64,000 nt of DNA from an uncultured Chloroflexia bacterium (GCA_963797095.1 CAWCNY010000004.1:1-64000); one strand, 5' to 3'; positions 19,364 through 30,900 are shown, numbered from the stretch's first letter. The notes: generated by a model from the sequence alone, not told the origin. Made by a program: numbers and translations.

Positions 19364-20796
19364 GGGTGTACCTCGTCGCGGGGACGCTCCGGTGGTTTGC
19401 CTGCCGCCACCAGCAATGCCAACAGGACCCAGGTGAAGCCCATCCAAGTGCCGTCAGTCAATTGGTAAGTCAGTATGAGGGCCAGCCCCGCCAGCAACAA
19501 TCCATAAGTCGCAAAATCGGTAGGAGTCCAACTGCGGAGCGGTATGAGGACATTGCGGAGTGCGCGCCAGCCCGCCACGCCAAGAGCGCCCGTGAAAAGT
19601 GCGAAGCCTACCAGCCCGGTATCGAAGAGCACATGCATGAAGATGTTCGGTATCCAGTTGGGTGCGCCCGGAGCTATGTAAAAGACATGTGAATATGCAC
19701 CAGTGCCCCAACCTAGTATCGGTCTCTGCAGCCACCCGTTGAACGAGTTGACCATCACTGCCTGCCTGATCAATAGCGAGGGGACTTGATCCACAGAGGT
19801 AAGCTCGTCTGCTCGATCCTCCAAAGCCGATTCGCGCTGCACCTGGCTGCCGTCAGATGCCCCTTCGATGGGTTCACCACGCACACCCCGCCCCGCCCGG
19901 TCGGCGACCTCGGTCATTGTCAACGCGCCCGGGTTGTCGGTCTTCCAGCTGATCTTGGGGAGGGTGATGGCTATGAGAAGCCCAACCACAACACCTGCTC
20001 CTATGCTTGCTATTACCCTCATAGTACTTCGATCGAGTTTCATACTACCAAAACGAAAAGCCGAACCAACAAGTATGACCGCGATACATGCAGCAACCAG
20101 CCAGACGGTACGCGTCATGCTAATTACGACGCCGGAGAACCCGAGGGCGGTCGCCACATTTAGGCGCCATTGCCAGGCGCGGCCCGCCAGTTGTGGCGCG
20201 AAGGCGAGACCAGCGCCAAGGATCGCCACCACAAGTGAGTAGCTTCCGAACAAGTTGGGTTCCCAGACTGTGCCAGTCACCATAGGCACCGCACTGAATG
20301 TCCCGTTCTCATATGTGCGATTGAAATGCATACCCGTGGTGACACCGAAGAAAGTGAAGAGTAGCCCCTGGACCAGGGCCAGTAAGATAACGCCCGAACC
20401 GATAGCTACCCATACCATGGTGCCCCAGAAAACGCTCTCGAGGCTACGGAGGGGCAAGGTTGCGGCGAGGTAGATCACAATGAGGCCTGCCAGCAAGATC
20501 GTCAGTCGTATGCTGTCGATCGGGTCAGGGGAGAATACCAGCGAGGAGAGGAGGCTCAGCCCCAACCACGCAAGTAACAGCCATTCGATCAGGCTGAGCG
20601 CCCTCCATGCTGACCTACCGAGGAGGGCTATGCCTGCAACCAGGGCGACGCCACCAACAAGGAGCTCGACACGGAAATTCGTGGAGTCGATTCGCACGAT
20701 GAATTTATCGATGCCGGTGGCAAGGGTGAGGAGCACCAGGATAAGCAGTGCGGCGAAGCCTTCTTTACCTTGCGCTTTGCTGGATAACGCGCTCAT
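19360..20796 (-). CDS. O-antigen ligase/polymerase (WaaL/Wzy_C)-like membrane protein
   Basis: EPNLFG, SMTRT, R...RPILGWGTG, N.F..LFDTGLVG motifs; about 12 TM. Confidence 0.8.
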   Translation of the reverse strand: MSALSSKAQGKEGFAALLILVLLTLATGIDKFIVRIDSTNFRVELLVGGVALVAGIALLGRSAWRALSLIEWLLLAWLGLSLLSSLVFSPDPIDSIRLTILLAGLIVIYLAATLPLRSLESVFWGTMVWVAIGSGVILLALVQGLLFTFFGVTTGMHFNRTYENGTFSAVPMVTGTVWEPNLFGSYSLVVAILGAGLAFAPQLAGRAWQWRLNVATALGFSGVVISMTRTVWLVAACIAVILVGSAFRFGSMKLDRSTMRVIASIGAGVVVGLLIAITLPKISWKTDNPGALTMTEVADRAGRGVRGEPIEGASDGSQVQRESALEDRADELTSVDQVPSLLIRQAVMVNSFNGWLQRPILGWGTGAYSHVFYIAPGAPNWIPNIFMHVLFDTGLVGFALFTGALGVAGWRALRNVLIPLRSWTPTDFATYGLLLAGLALILTYQLTDGTWMGFTWVLLALLVAAGKPPERPRDEVHP

Positions 20797-21785
20797 TGGC
20801 TGCTCTGGGTCGCAATCCGCCGAAACGCGCGCCGGGTTTGTAGCCCAATCGTCCAGGCTGCGAGGTCGGTGAGGGGGCGGAGCCTCATGTTTCTAAAGCG
20901 CCCGTCCGACTCCAGATGAATTGCTGCAAACTGCCGGGGGACCATCTCCCAGAAGAGTTCGACCGGTCTTTCAGTGCGATACAGCGCTCGAAGATAGCGC
21001 TTGTGTCGGGGGACCCACAAGAAAGAGCCTGATTGGGTGCGGTAACATGCCAGGGCGGAGTCTTTACATTGTTGTGTGGAGTTGATCGGTGCGGCCAAAT
21101 TGGCTAGCACTGGTGTCAAAGGCACCTGCAATTCATAGGCCCTGATGCAACGGACGATCTTGCTCACGTCAGTACGCAAGACCTGGGCAAGCACCCGGGC
21201 CACTCTGAGGTGTTCAGGGTGAAAATCAACAAGCGAGGGCGAATAAAGTATGCTGGGCTTGATTGAGGTGAGCAGCGTTGTAAGTTGCCCGGCTAACTCC
21301 GCGCTTGTCCAGGCGCCTTCAGGCAGGCCAAGTTGTACCAGCTTGATTTTGCTGAGCGCCGCACCTGGGCTGCCGGTGCCGGGCGAGTGGCTCGCCAGGG
21401 CCGCGAGCGCATTTTCGGCCTCGCGCTGCCTTCGCTGGACCATAGCCTCCGGCTTTATTCCGCCTGCGCGGGACCTGCGGCCATCTGTCAAGATCGCGAC
21501 CGTTACTTGATCGCCTGCTTCAAGGTGAAGACGGATGGTACCTCCACAACCAAGCGTCTCATCGTCGGGATGGGGTGCAAGCACCAGCACACGATTAAGA
21601 CCGTTGCTTTGCCAGGTTCCCGCCTCGGGTTGCAGGAGAATACCTACTATGCGCAATATGCCCGCGTTGCCAGCCTCGACCGCCGGGAAGATCAGGGTGT
21701 GGGCGATTCGCTTCATCAGGTCGCGTAGCATGCTCATCGGGCGTGGAGCGCTGCCTTCCTCTAGCTTCTTGGTGTCCTGCATCAT
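20793..21785 (-). CDS. PIG-L/LmbE family deacetylase
   Basis: LAPHPDDETLGCGGT, RQREA, HPEH. Confidence 0.9.
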   Translation of the reverse strand: MMQDTKKLEEGSAPRPMSMLRDLMKRIAHTLIFPAVEAGNAGILRIVGILLQPEAGTWQSNGLNRVLVLAPHPDDETLGCGGTIRLHLEAGDQVTVAILTDGRRSRAGGIKPEAMVQRRQREAENALAALASHSPGTGSPGAALSKIKLVQLGLPEGAWTSAELAGQLTTLLTSIKPSILYSPSLVDFHPEHLRVARVLAQVLRTDVSKIVRCIRAYELQVPLTPVLANLAAPINSTQQCKDSALACYRTQSGSFLWVPRHKRYLRALYRTERPVELFWEMVPRQFAAIHLESDGRFRNMRLRPLTDLAAWTIGLQTRRAFRRIATQSSQ

Positions 21786-22930
21786 ATCACGTCGAAATCT
21801 CCGCCGCTGAGGTACCAGTGGCGTGGATTGGACAGAGCGTCTACCGAGATTGTTGGGTCGAGAGGTACCAACTCAAAGCTGAATGCGGTTTCGGCCCTGG
21901 TTCTCAGGAACCCCAACTTGTGATATAGGTCATAGAGAGCCGAGCCTGGTGGGGCGAGTGTCATTACAGAGCCGGCTCCTTCAAGCGACAGTTGGTGGAG
22001 TGCCTGGTTGATCAAGGCCCAGGCAGCGGCGCGGTCGTTACGCGCGACGAATAGGTCGGCCAGATAGCCGTTGCGGTGCTCGCCCTGTTCCACCACTCGA
22101 TACGCGACGTAGCCCAGGGGCTTGCCATTGTTTGAGTGGGCGACCGCCACATGGTAGGGATTGGGCGCAGCTTCGAGAAATCGCCAGCGCACCCATGTAT
22201 CGTCGCGCATCTGAATGTTGGTCCAGCCTGACGAGGCGTAAGCCCAAATTTCGTCGAAAATACCCTCCCCGGCAGTTGCATTATCTACCTGAATAGTTTT
22301 GCTTGCGCTGCCATTTCGGAGGCGGGTTGCTGCGGTCCATGCTGCTGAAGCTGCCATCAGAGGCAACCGGCCGGCTTTCCTCAACACTTTGGGCACATTG
22401 GCACGCCTCACCAGCGACCGATCAAGGTGGAGGGGGAACCGGAGCCACGACAAGGGAAACAGCGAAAGATAGCCCAGAGCGCGGTTGCGGGTGCCCCACT
22501 GGTCGTTTGGAAGACCTGTTACCGCCCACTGTCCGGCTGCTTCCCAGGTCGAGTGGGCAGTGCCGCCCAAACGAGTTAGCATGCCCTGCCGCCTATATTG
22601 AGGGTCGGTCATGGCCTCTACCGCGTGAACCGCTGCGTGAAGTCGATCACCTATTTTCAGGTGAATCGGTATGCCTCCGTAGTGCCCCACTATTTGCTCG
22701 CCGGTTTCGCCCTGGGTGGGTGGGACTGCGGCCACCCACAGGAGATTAAAGGGTGCACGCCGCCCGTGCAGCTTCCATAGCCTGTGGGATCGATCTCGGG
22801 GTCGCTTGAATGCTTTTTCGTAGAGTGCGAGCACAGCATCTTCATCCGACTCCTTGTAGGGCCGAACGTACCAGTCGGTATCAATAGCCTGAGAAGGCTG
22901 TGGGGGAGTAAATTCTTCAGTGGTTTCCAT
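21782..22930 (-). CDS. GNAT family N-acyltransferase (tandem GNAT)
   Basis: MTDPQYRRQGML acetyl-CoA loop, GLPN, RD..WVRWRF second domain. Confidence 0.85.
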   Translation of the reverse strand: METTEEFTPPQPSQAIDTDWYVRPYKESDEDAVLALYEKAFKRPRDRSHRLWKLHGRRAPFNLLWVAAVPPTQGETGEQIVGHYGGIPIHLKIGDRLHAAVHAVEAMTDPQYRRQGMLTRLGGTAHSTWEAAGQWAVTGLPNDQWGTRNRALGYLSLFPLSWLRFPLHLDRSLVRRANVPKVLRKAGRLPLMAASAAWTAATRLRNGSASKTIQVDNATAGEGIFDEIWAYASSGWTNIQMRDDTWVRWRFLEAAPNPYHVAVAHSNNGKPLGYVAYRVVEQGEHRNGYLADLFVARNDRAAAWALINQALHQLSLEGAGSVMTLAPPGSALYDLYHKLGFLRTRAETAFSFELVPLDPTISVDALSNPRHWYLSGGDFDVI

Positions 22931-22974
22931 AAGCACTACGCAACCAGCAATAGTATAATTACTCTCACATCATA

Positions 22975-24498
22975 ATGCACGAACCTGAGCACAACGTGGC
23001 TTCATTTCGACTGCCTGCTCCCGTCGTTATCGCAGGAGTGGCGGCTGTTACCCTGCTTGGTCTGCTGGTACGCCTGTATGGACTGACCTCATATGGTTTG
23101 TGGTTTGATGAAGCGTACCACATCGAGCTGGTAAAGTTGCCCGGTGTAGGAGCGATGCTTGATGCTGTGCTATCGAATCCTCCATCTGATCCTCTATACG
23201 TGCTCACATTACGCGGTTGGGTAACTCTCTTCGGCCATACTACGGAGAGTGTGAGGGTATTGTCGGTCATTTTCGGAACTGCCACTATTCCTGCTACTTT
23301 CCTGCTGGGCCGGTACGCACTGGGAAGTGCGGTGGGTCTTTGGGGCGCGTTCTTCTTCGCAGTTTCACCTTATGCGATAGAGCTAGGGCAGGAAGCCGCC
23401 CTGTACGCGCTGGCCGCTCTTCTTACGACTCTGGCCCTGGCGGTGGGCTGGCGCTGGCTGCGGACGGAGCGCGGCGTGGTTTTGTATGCGATAGTTGGTG
23501 GGCTGGCGATCTACAGCCACTATGTAGTAGCGGTCATTCTTACTATCTTCGCCGCCCTCGTGTTGATGTTGATCTTGCGGGATCGGAAGAGGCGCGAGCG
23601 TTGGACGATTGCGAATGGCCTTATTATTCTGGCGTGGCTGCCGTGGCTCATGGCACTGATAATACACTGGCTTGGTTCCGACCTGCTCCGCGCAAGTCTC
23701 TTTCATCCGGCATCGTTCGAGGAAGTGATAAGGGCGCTCATTCAATTCACGAGTGGTACGGCATCCTTGCAACAAGGGCAACGCTGGTTATGGGTGGCGG
23801 GGCTTGCTTCAGGCGTGATCTTGCTCTTAGGTAGCTGGTGCACCGGGGCGAGGGGACCTGTGGCTCTGCTGATATCTCTCTTTGCCTTGATCTTTCTTGC
23901 CCCGGCGCTGGTGTCTGTGATCAATGGTATGTGGCTTTTCGTGCCGCATTTCATGCTATTTCTTCTGCCCGCTCTCTTCGTCTCTCTTTGCGCTGCCCTG
24001 GGTAATATGCCGACTCGCGCACCGGCGATAACGCGCGTGGCGCTTGTGGTTGCGCTGGTTGTCTGGATTGGTGTGCAATCGTGGGGAATAGTGCTATATA
24101 ATCGCTATCCACCGCACGGCGCGGACGGGCTTCGCGAGTTGGCATCACGCCTGACCAACGATAGCCAGCCCAGCGATGCGGTATTTGTGACGCCGCCGGC
24201 CCTCATGGCGACTCTTCGGCAATACTATGGGGGCGAGATGGTAGGGTTGCCGGAGGATTTCGACCTGCGACGCGTTTACCTTCCCTACGACCCCTCAGAC
24301 TGGCAAACGAGGTCGCTGGCTAACATTGCCTCCACGCTGGGTTCGGAAGGCTCACAACGGTTCTGGCTGGTATACAGGCCGGAATTGGATGATGGTGGAC
24401 AATTGCTGCGTAGCCTGGAACAAAAACACTCTCTTGTGAGCGATCAGCCCTTTGACTATGGAGAACTCTTCCTCTTTATGGTTGAGCCCACGCCATGA
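22975..24498 (+). CDS. GT-C fold glycosyltransferase (family 39/83, PMT/ArnT-like)
   Basis: RLYGL...LWFDEAY, PLY..L..W..LFG...VR.LS, YSHY. Confidence 0.85.
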   Translation: MHEPEHNVASFRLPAPVVIAGVAAVTLLGLLVRLYGLTSYGLWFDEAYHIELVKLPGVGAMLDAVLSNPPSDPLYVLTLRGWVTLFGHTTESVRVLSVIFGTATIPATFLLGRYALGSAVGLWGAFFFAVSPYAIELGQEAALYALAALLTTLALAVGWRWLRTERGVVLYAIVGGLAIYSHYVVAVILTIFAALVLMLILRDRKRRERWTIANGLIILAWLPWLMALIIHWLGSDLLRASLFHPASFEEVIRALIQFTSGTASLQQGQRWLWVAGLASGVILLLGSWCTGARGPVALLISLFALIFLAPALVSVINGMWLFVPHFMLFLLPALFVSLCAALGNMPTRAPAITRVALVVALVVWIGVQSWGIVLYNRYPPHGADGLRELASRLTNDSQPSDAVFVTPPALMATLRQYYGGEMVGLPEDFDLRRVYLPYDPSDWQTRSLANIASTLGSEGSQRFWLVYRPELDDGGQLLRSLEQKHSLVSDQPFDYGELFLFMVEPTP

Positions 24499-26219
24499 CA
24501 CCTCGCAAGCCAATTACGATTGTCGAACGCATCGCGCCGCCTCTTTTGCTGGTGGGCGGTACCCTACTGTTTTTTGCATATTTGCTCCGGCGCTTTCCGT
24601 ATGAAGGTCTTTACGGTGTGGATAGTTTTGCATATTACTACCAGGCGCGCGCTCTGTGGGAGGAAGTCACGAACGCGCCCCTGCGTGCATACGAGCTTTT
24701 TACCGCCGACGGCTTGCAGCACTGGCCTATCGGCTATCACCTGCACATAATGCTAGGCTTTCTGCTCTGGGGGGTGAGTCCAACCGGGGGGCGGATCATT
24801 ACGATTGGACTTGCGGCCCTGTGCCCGGCACTGGTCTATCTCATCGTCCACCGACTTCTCGCGGGATTGCCGGTGGGGGGTGGTCAAAGGCTTGCTGTGG
24901 TCGTGGCGGGATTGGTGGCGGGCGGCCTTCTGCCGCTGAATGCCACATTTACCCGTATGAGTTTATCGCTCATGTCCGATGCGCCGACATGTTTGTGGTC
25001 GCTGCTGGCGATCTATTTATTCATGCGGGGTGCGCCACTCGGGAGGGATAGTATTCGGGGAGAAGATGCAGGCGCCAACTCGCACAAAGGTACTTTTGCA
25101 CTTGCGGGCCTCGCCCTTGGGATTGCGGTACTCACGCGCTATGGAACGCTACTGCTTGCCGGGCCAATCGTTGCATATCTACTGCTCGCCGGTATTGCGT
25201 CCGGGGGCGGGCGCATCGATCTCCGGGTTGTCTGGAAGAGGCTATCGCCTGCTCTGTGGGCCATTCCGACGTTCCTGCTGGCATTGGTTCCACAGGCTCT
25301 CTATTTGCTGACGCATGATGCTGGCACGGGCGCGGGTGACTTCCTTGGCAGTTTCAATATCGCCAACATTTTCGCTTCTACCACAGTTAGCCCTGACGGT
25401 ACCTCTTCGTTTGACTACCCTATGATCGTGTTCTACCTGCTCAACCCTCTGTGGAATGTCCAATCTGGATTCTATTCACTGTTCATGATTCCTGTGTTGA
25501 TACTGGGCATGGCATTTCTTTATGTGCACAACTTGAGACGAGAGTTTGTCTTCCTGGTCATCTGGTGGGCATTTCCCGCGATAGTGTATTCAACAACACC
25601 TTACCAGGCCCACCGCTTTGCCATGATTTACTTCCCTGCGATTACAACGCTCATTGGTTGTGGTGTTGGATATGCAGTAGCGGCGCTTGTCGGGAGCACA
25701 TCCAGTCTGAATGCAAGATTTAGCACCGGCAACTTGCGCTATCTGTCCCTGAACAAGCGGATCATTCCCGTAGCTGGGGTAGTCGTTGTGATCCTGTTCG
25801 GTGCGGGATTGCTTCAAGGCTGGGCCACTGTGCGCGACTGGGTGGCAACCCATGCATCCTGGCAGGAGGAAGACCGTCGTACAGTGAACCTGATCGAGCA
25901 GACCGTTGCGTCTGAGGTGGGCGTGGCAGGATCTCCCAGGGTCGTCACGCTCGGTTTCTCGGCCCCGCTGTATCACTATACACAGTGGCATGTGGTGGAG
26001 CTTTATTCGACTGAGCCGGATACAGAAGCATTGGCTACATTCCTGTCGGAATCAGGGCCTCATATTGCGGTTGTGCCCGAGGAGAGCCTGGCTACCCAAT
26101 GGTACAACACGCCTACCGGAGAAGACTGGCGCTGGCTCGAGAGCCATTACACGCTGGATCGCAAAGGCGCTGAAGGCGGATACACGATCTTTGTTATCCG
26201 AGCCAGCACCAAACAGTGA
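24495..26219 (+). CDS. GT-C fold glycosyltransferase-like membrane protein
   Basis: DSFAYY..A, WPIGY, MSD, A.LTRY motifs; many TM helices. Confidence 0.75.
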   Translation: MTPRKPITIVERIAPPLLLVGGTLLFFAYLLRRFPYEGLYGVDSFAYYYQARALWEEVTNAPLRAYELFTADGLQHWPIGYHLHIMLGFLLWGVSPTGGRIITIGLAALCPALVYLIVHRLLAGLPVGGGQRLAVVVAGLVAGGLLPLNATFTRMSLSLMSDAPTCLWSLLAIYLFMRGAPLGRDSIRGEDAGANSHKGTFALAGLALGIAVLTRYGTLLLAGPIVAYLLLAGIASGGGRIDLRVVWKRLSPALWAIPTFLLALVPQALYLLTHDAGTGAGDFLGSFNIANIFASTTVSPDGTSSFDYPMIVFYLLNPLWNVQSGFYSLFMIPVLILGMAFLYVHNLRREFVFLVIWWAFPAIVYSTTPYQAHRFAMIYFPAITTLIGCGVGYAVAALVGSTSSLNARFSTGNLRYLSLNKRIIPVAGVVVVILFGAGLLQGWATVRDWVATHASWQEEDRRTVNLIEQTVASEVGVAGSPRVVTLGFSAPLYHYTQWHVVELYSTEPDTEALATFLSESGPHIAVVPEESLATQWYNTPTGEDWRWLESHYTLDRKGAEGGYTIFVIRASTKQ

Positions 26220-26230
26220 GCGCAGATGCT

Positions 26231-27781
26231 CTAAGGGGATTTAGGCAGGTAAACGTAATATCTGCCCTGAGCGCCTGCAAGGGTGTAATTGTTTTTTATG
26301 GCCCCGTATAGTCCGGAGGGGAGCCAGGGAATTCCGTTTACACTTGGAGCTAGCTCAAGCGTGTGGAATAAAACGACCGCGACGAATTTGCGCTGCTCGG
26401 CCATCATTACGACCGGCTGAGGGTCCCACTTGCCGTTATGCGCCTGGACGGAGAAAAAGAGCGGGTCCAGCAGGTAGGGCGGCTCGGTGCCGTTGAGGAG
26501 GATATAGCCGTTCTCTGAGAGGACAGGGCCTTTGGTTACTTGAGCAAGAGCCGCCAATGGCCCATCGTCCGGCCCTTTGTCTTGTGAAGATTGCGCGGTT
26601 TTGACGGCATACCAGGTTTGTGTCGCGATTGGCGCGATGGCAAGGATCAGCAGGGCCATTGCCAACTGTCGTTCGGCACCTTCAATCAGCTTTTCCAGCG
26701 CACCCAGCCCAACGCCGGCGGCAGTACATAGGACCGCGATGGTTTCGAGACAATAACTGCTGGCCGAGCCGATTTTCGCGGCAGTCACTAGAAGAACAAT
26801 TGCTGAAAAAGTGCCGTAGAGTAGCAGCAGTTTTGCGGTAGATGTGGAGATGGCCGGGTGCGTAGCTCCACCCTTTGAACGCACGAGCACCCAGACGCCG
26901 AACGCCGATAAAGGGAAAAGCAAGCCGAACATAGTGACCAGATTATCGAGCCGAGTGTAGAAATTGGCGTCCATCTGCGGCTGGGACGCCAGATCGAGTG
27001 TGCCCTGTAACAATTGCTTCGCGCCGTCCAAGCCGAACGGGAGCAAGAGGGCCGCAAAGCCCGCGAGCGCGAATAGGCACAGTAGCGCAATTCGACCAAT
27101 TCGCTGTGTGCGATTACCCAGGCTCCTTGTCCAGATTAGCCATAGACCGGTGGCAAGAAGTGGGGCGACCGCCGTTTGCTTTGCAGAAAGGGCCAGCCCG
27201 CAGAGCAGCCCGCTTAGCGCCAAGAACCACGGGGTGATTTGCGTCTTTCGCGAAGCAAAGAGTAGTACGAGCACGGCAGCTTGCCCCAACGCTACGGCAA
27301 GCAGGTCTGAGCGAGCGTTGGCACTCCATACGCTGAATGTTACTTGCGGGGTAAGGAATAATAGTCCCGCCATTACGGAGAGTAGGCGGCTTACCCCCAA
27401 AATGCGGCACATAGAGGCGATGATGGTGGAAATGGAGAAGACTGATGCAAGGGAAATCAATCTTGTAAGAGTTATCACCTGGCTGTCACCAAGCGAGAAC
27501 AATGCGGCAAGCCCGCCGGATAACTCGGGGAGGAGGGGCGGATAGACCATAGGGATATAGGGGGCGTGCGAGTAATCGAAATAGGGCGTGAGACCGTGAC
27601 GCACTCTGATTGCCGCAAACAGCCAGGTCGTCTCCGCGTAGTTGACCTCGCCCCTGGCGCGCGCAAGGTTATAGGCATGGTATGCGAGATGGGCCGCGTA
27701 CAAGAGGAGCGCGGCCAGAAGGAATGCTTTTATCACCCGCCATAGGAGACGGAAGTTTCCCACCTCCCCACCCCCGGTCAT
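26231..27781 (-). CDS. GT-C-like membrane protein
   Basis: YAE, YPPL, ARSD, AKQT motifs; many TM helices; start uncertain. Confidence 0.7.
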   Translation of the reverse strand: MTGGGEVGNFRLLWRVIKAFLLAALLLYAAHLAYHAYNLARARGEVNYAETTWLFAAIRVRHGLTPYFDYSHAPYIPMVYPPLLPELSGGLAALFSLGDSQVITLTRLISLASVFSISTIIASMCRILGVSRLLSVMAGLLFLTPQVTFSVWSANARSDLLAVALGQAAVLVLLFASRKTQITPWFLALSGLLCGLALSAKQTAVAPLLATGLWLIWTRSLGNRTQRIGRIALLCLFALAGFAALLLPFGLDGAKQLLQGTLDLASQPQMDANFYTRLDNLVTMFGLLFPLSAFGVWVLVRSKGGATHPAISTSTAKLLLLYGTFSAIVLLVTAAKIGSASSYCLETIAVLCTAAGVGLGALEKLIEGAERQLAMALLILAIAPIATQTWYAVKTAQSSQDKGPDDGPLAALAQVTKGPVLSENGYILLNGTEPPYLLDPLFFSVQAHNGKWDPQPVVMMAEQRKFVAVVLFHTLELAPSVNGIPWLPSGLYGAIKNNYTLAGAQGRYYVYLPKSP

Positions 27782-27993
27782 GCGCATTTGCAACCTGGAA
27801 GGGCTACATTCGTTTTGGACGTTACAGAGTATAGCACATACGGCAGGCACAACAGTACAAATTTGCTACCGAAAAGTATTGCTTCTGGATGAGTTTTATG
27901 TTAACATGGGGAACGATGCTTATTATGTCACGTTAACCCGGCAACGTGAGCTCGCTCATGTTGTGTTGATCAATCGCTTTAGTGGAGGAGCCA

Positions 27994-30900
27994 ATGGGCT
28001 CAGCACGCAGAACTCTCGGTTTGCCTCCGTTCAGATTGGCTCTATGTTTGTTGATCATAGTCGCAACCATAACGGTTGCGGCTCCTAACTTTTTCTCCTT
28101 ATTTGTCTCTACTTATGGCACAGTTGGCACAGTACAACCGGTTGCGGCTGCCGACACTGAGCCGTTCGCCATCGAGGGTTGGGTCACTTCGTATAGGTCC
28201 GGCACACCGGTTGCCGGCGCATTAGTAACAGTTGAGGGTGGGCCTGCAACAACGAGTGATGCAGACGGGTATTTTGCATTTGGCTCTGATGAAATTGCCC
28301 CATTAGCTAACACTACAAATAATGAGCCTGCGCTGTTTTCCATTTCAGTGGGCGCAGAAGGGTATTCCTCCTGGACAATAAGGTCGGCGCGCTACTATTT
28401 GGGCGATACGCTGCGCCTGTACTCAAAGCTCGACACCGCCGGTGCTTCGCCTGAGGTTATGACGGCGGCTGCTCCTCGACGTGCAGGGGAGGTAAGTACG
28501 TTGCCGGGGACGAGTGGTACCGTTGTGCCATCCGCGCCGCTTGGGCAATCGAGTATGGCGTCCTCTGACGGCATCACAAGTTCGTCAGTCGCACCGGATG
28601 CGGCGAGTTGGACACCACCCAGCTCGATTCGGGTATATCGTTCGGCCACAGGCGAGGTGGATATAGTCCCGTTCAAAGAGTATGTAAAGCATGTCCTTCC
28701 TAACGAGTGGGTGCCGACATGGTCGGCGGGCGCTCTGCGCGCGGGTGCTGTGGCCGTCAAGGAGTATGGCTGGTACTGGGTGTATCACGGTGGGAAGCAG
28801 GCGGCCCTGGGTGCTGATGTAAAGGACAACACCGAAGACCAGGTATATGATCCCAACGTGAGTTACGCCAGCACCGATGCCGCCGTAGAAGAAATCTGGG
28901 CTTATGCTCTCCTGCGCAATGGCACCCTCTTCCAGACGCAGTATTGCGCAGGCTCATACCAGGCCGACCCAACGGGAGACTGTCCGTGGTCCGGGCCGTA
29001 CATGACTCAGTGGGGCAGCGCCTACTATTCTGACCAGGGTCAGACCTGGGATTGGATACTGCAGTTCTACTATCGCGACGCCACACTGGTGCCGGGAGCA
29101 CCTGGGGGTGGCTCCGCGCCTCCTCCGCCTGTTTCTGCTCCGCCTCCCACGGCAGCACCTTCGTTCTCGGTCGGTCAGGGTGCGACCCAGCCTGAGGTGT
29201 TCATCGAGGCGTACAACCGGAATGGAGGTGAGGCGCGTATCGGAAATCCTACCGGGGCGGTTCAATGGTGGTTGCCTTACGTTTCTGAGAACAATGTACT
29301 GGCCCAACGCTTCTCGGGCGTTGATGGGGATGGGAGGACGTGGATAGTCTTCGACACGCTCAAGAGCGATGTGAGTGGTATCAAGCGCGCTTATTTGATT
29401 GAGGGTGCTCTTGCTGAAGCTTATGCCGAGCATGCCCCACCAGGCCCTGCATGGGTCGGCGCGCCGACTTGTGACCCGTATACGGCCAACGCCCTTGCGG
29501 GGGGCATGACAAGTCAGGGCTTCGCCGGGGGCACGCTAGCCTGGGATGGTCAAAAAATACTGTTCACGACCTGGCCGACGCAATTCACGAATTGGCAAGC
29601 CAGTTATTATGTCGGCCGGCCACCGGAGTCGCTTGCCGGTCCTCAGGTGGACCTACCTGGACAGCCTGCTCTCGTTATGGATCAGCTAAGCCCCGATATT
29701 GACTGGTCGCCTGACGAGGGGGTCCCCAAGAGTATGGGTCTCGGAAGCGAGGACTGGAGTGCGCAGTTCAGCAAGCAAGCGCCGCTTGACGCCGGAAACT
29801 ACGACATTACTGTGAGCGCCGACAGCGGCGTGCGGCTGTGGGTCGATAATCTTCTCGCCATTAACTCCTGGAAGGTTACTACCAGCCACACAGACCACAC
29901 AGAGCAATACAATCTTGATCTCGATGGCGAACCACATATGCTGCGTATCCAGTATTTCAGTCTGGGCGGCGCTGCCAGACTTGCGTTCAGCATGAGCAAG
30001 CGCGATCCGATGGCGCCACCTACCGCTGCGCCTTCCCCAACAGCGGACCCAAAAACCACTGGAACAGCCCCAGTCGAGAACCCCAATGGAAATGCCGGTC
30101 TGCGCGTAACGGTTCGCTGGCTTGGGCGGCCCGCGCCGCCGAGCGATAGCTGGTCTCAGCCGTTGACCTTGCTCCTTTCGGTGCCGGGAAATCCCACCAT
30201 TGTTGGAATGTACGCGGGCTCAACGGACCGTAACGGAGTGGCTATATTCAGCGGACTGCCCGAAGGCACTTATGATGTGCATGTCAAGGGTCTGCACACT
30301 TTACAGAGCGCCCGTGCCAGCGTTGAGCTGCTTCCGAACCAGAGTGTCGATGTCGACATGAAGGCGCAAGTTGAGGGCGACTTGAATGGGGATAATTGCG
30401 TCTCGGTAGACGACTTTGCAATTGTGCAGGCTATGGTGGGGACCAACCGAGATACGCCTGGCTGGAATCCGGCTGCTGACCTTAATAATGATGGACAGGT
30501 GAGTGCCACTGATGTTAGTTTGCTCCGGTCGGGGTTTGATAAATGCGGTGATATCTCAGCTGATAATGAGTTCCATACTCTCAGCACCGATCCGGCACCT
30601 ACTTTCGAGCAACAACTCGCGCCCTGGTTAGACCCCGATTCTATGCGCCACGACTTGTCTCTGGGGCTCAGCGCCTCTGAGACTTCAGTTCGACTAGGTG
30701 ACATAGTCGAAGTGGAAGTTTACGCTGAGGCCGGTAGCCAGGCCATTGATGGCGGTTCATTTATTCTGTATTATGACCCGATTCTACTCTCTCCGGTTGA
30801 CAGTAAAGGAAACCCCACAACTAATATGGAGCCAGGCTTTGCTCTGCCTTCCGTACTGGGCAACTGGATCGACGGGCAGGTTGGTGCGATAGGGTACTCT

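Noticed and set aside
27880-27937. TTATGTTAAC resembling the XerD arm of a dif site
   Set aside because: No matching ATAA XerC arm 6 bp upstream; more likely AT-rich promoter sequence of a divergent intergenic region
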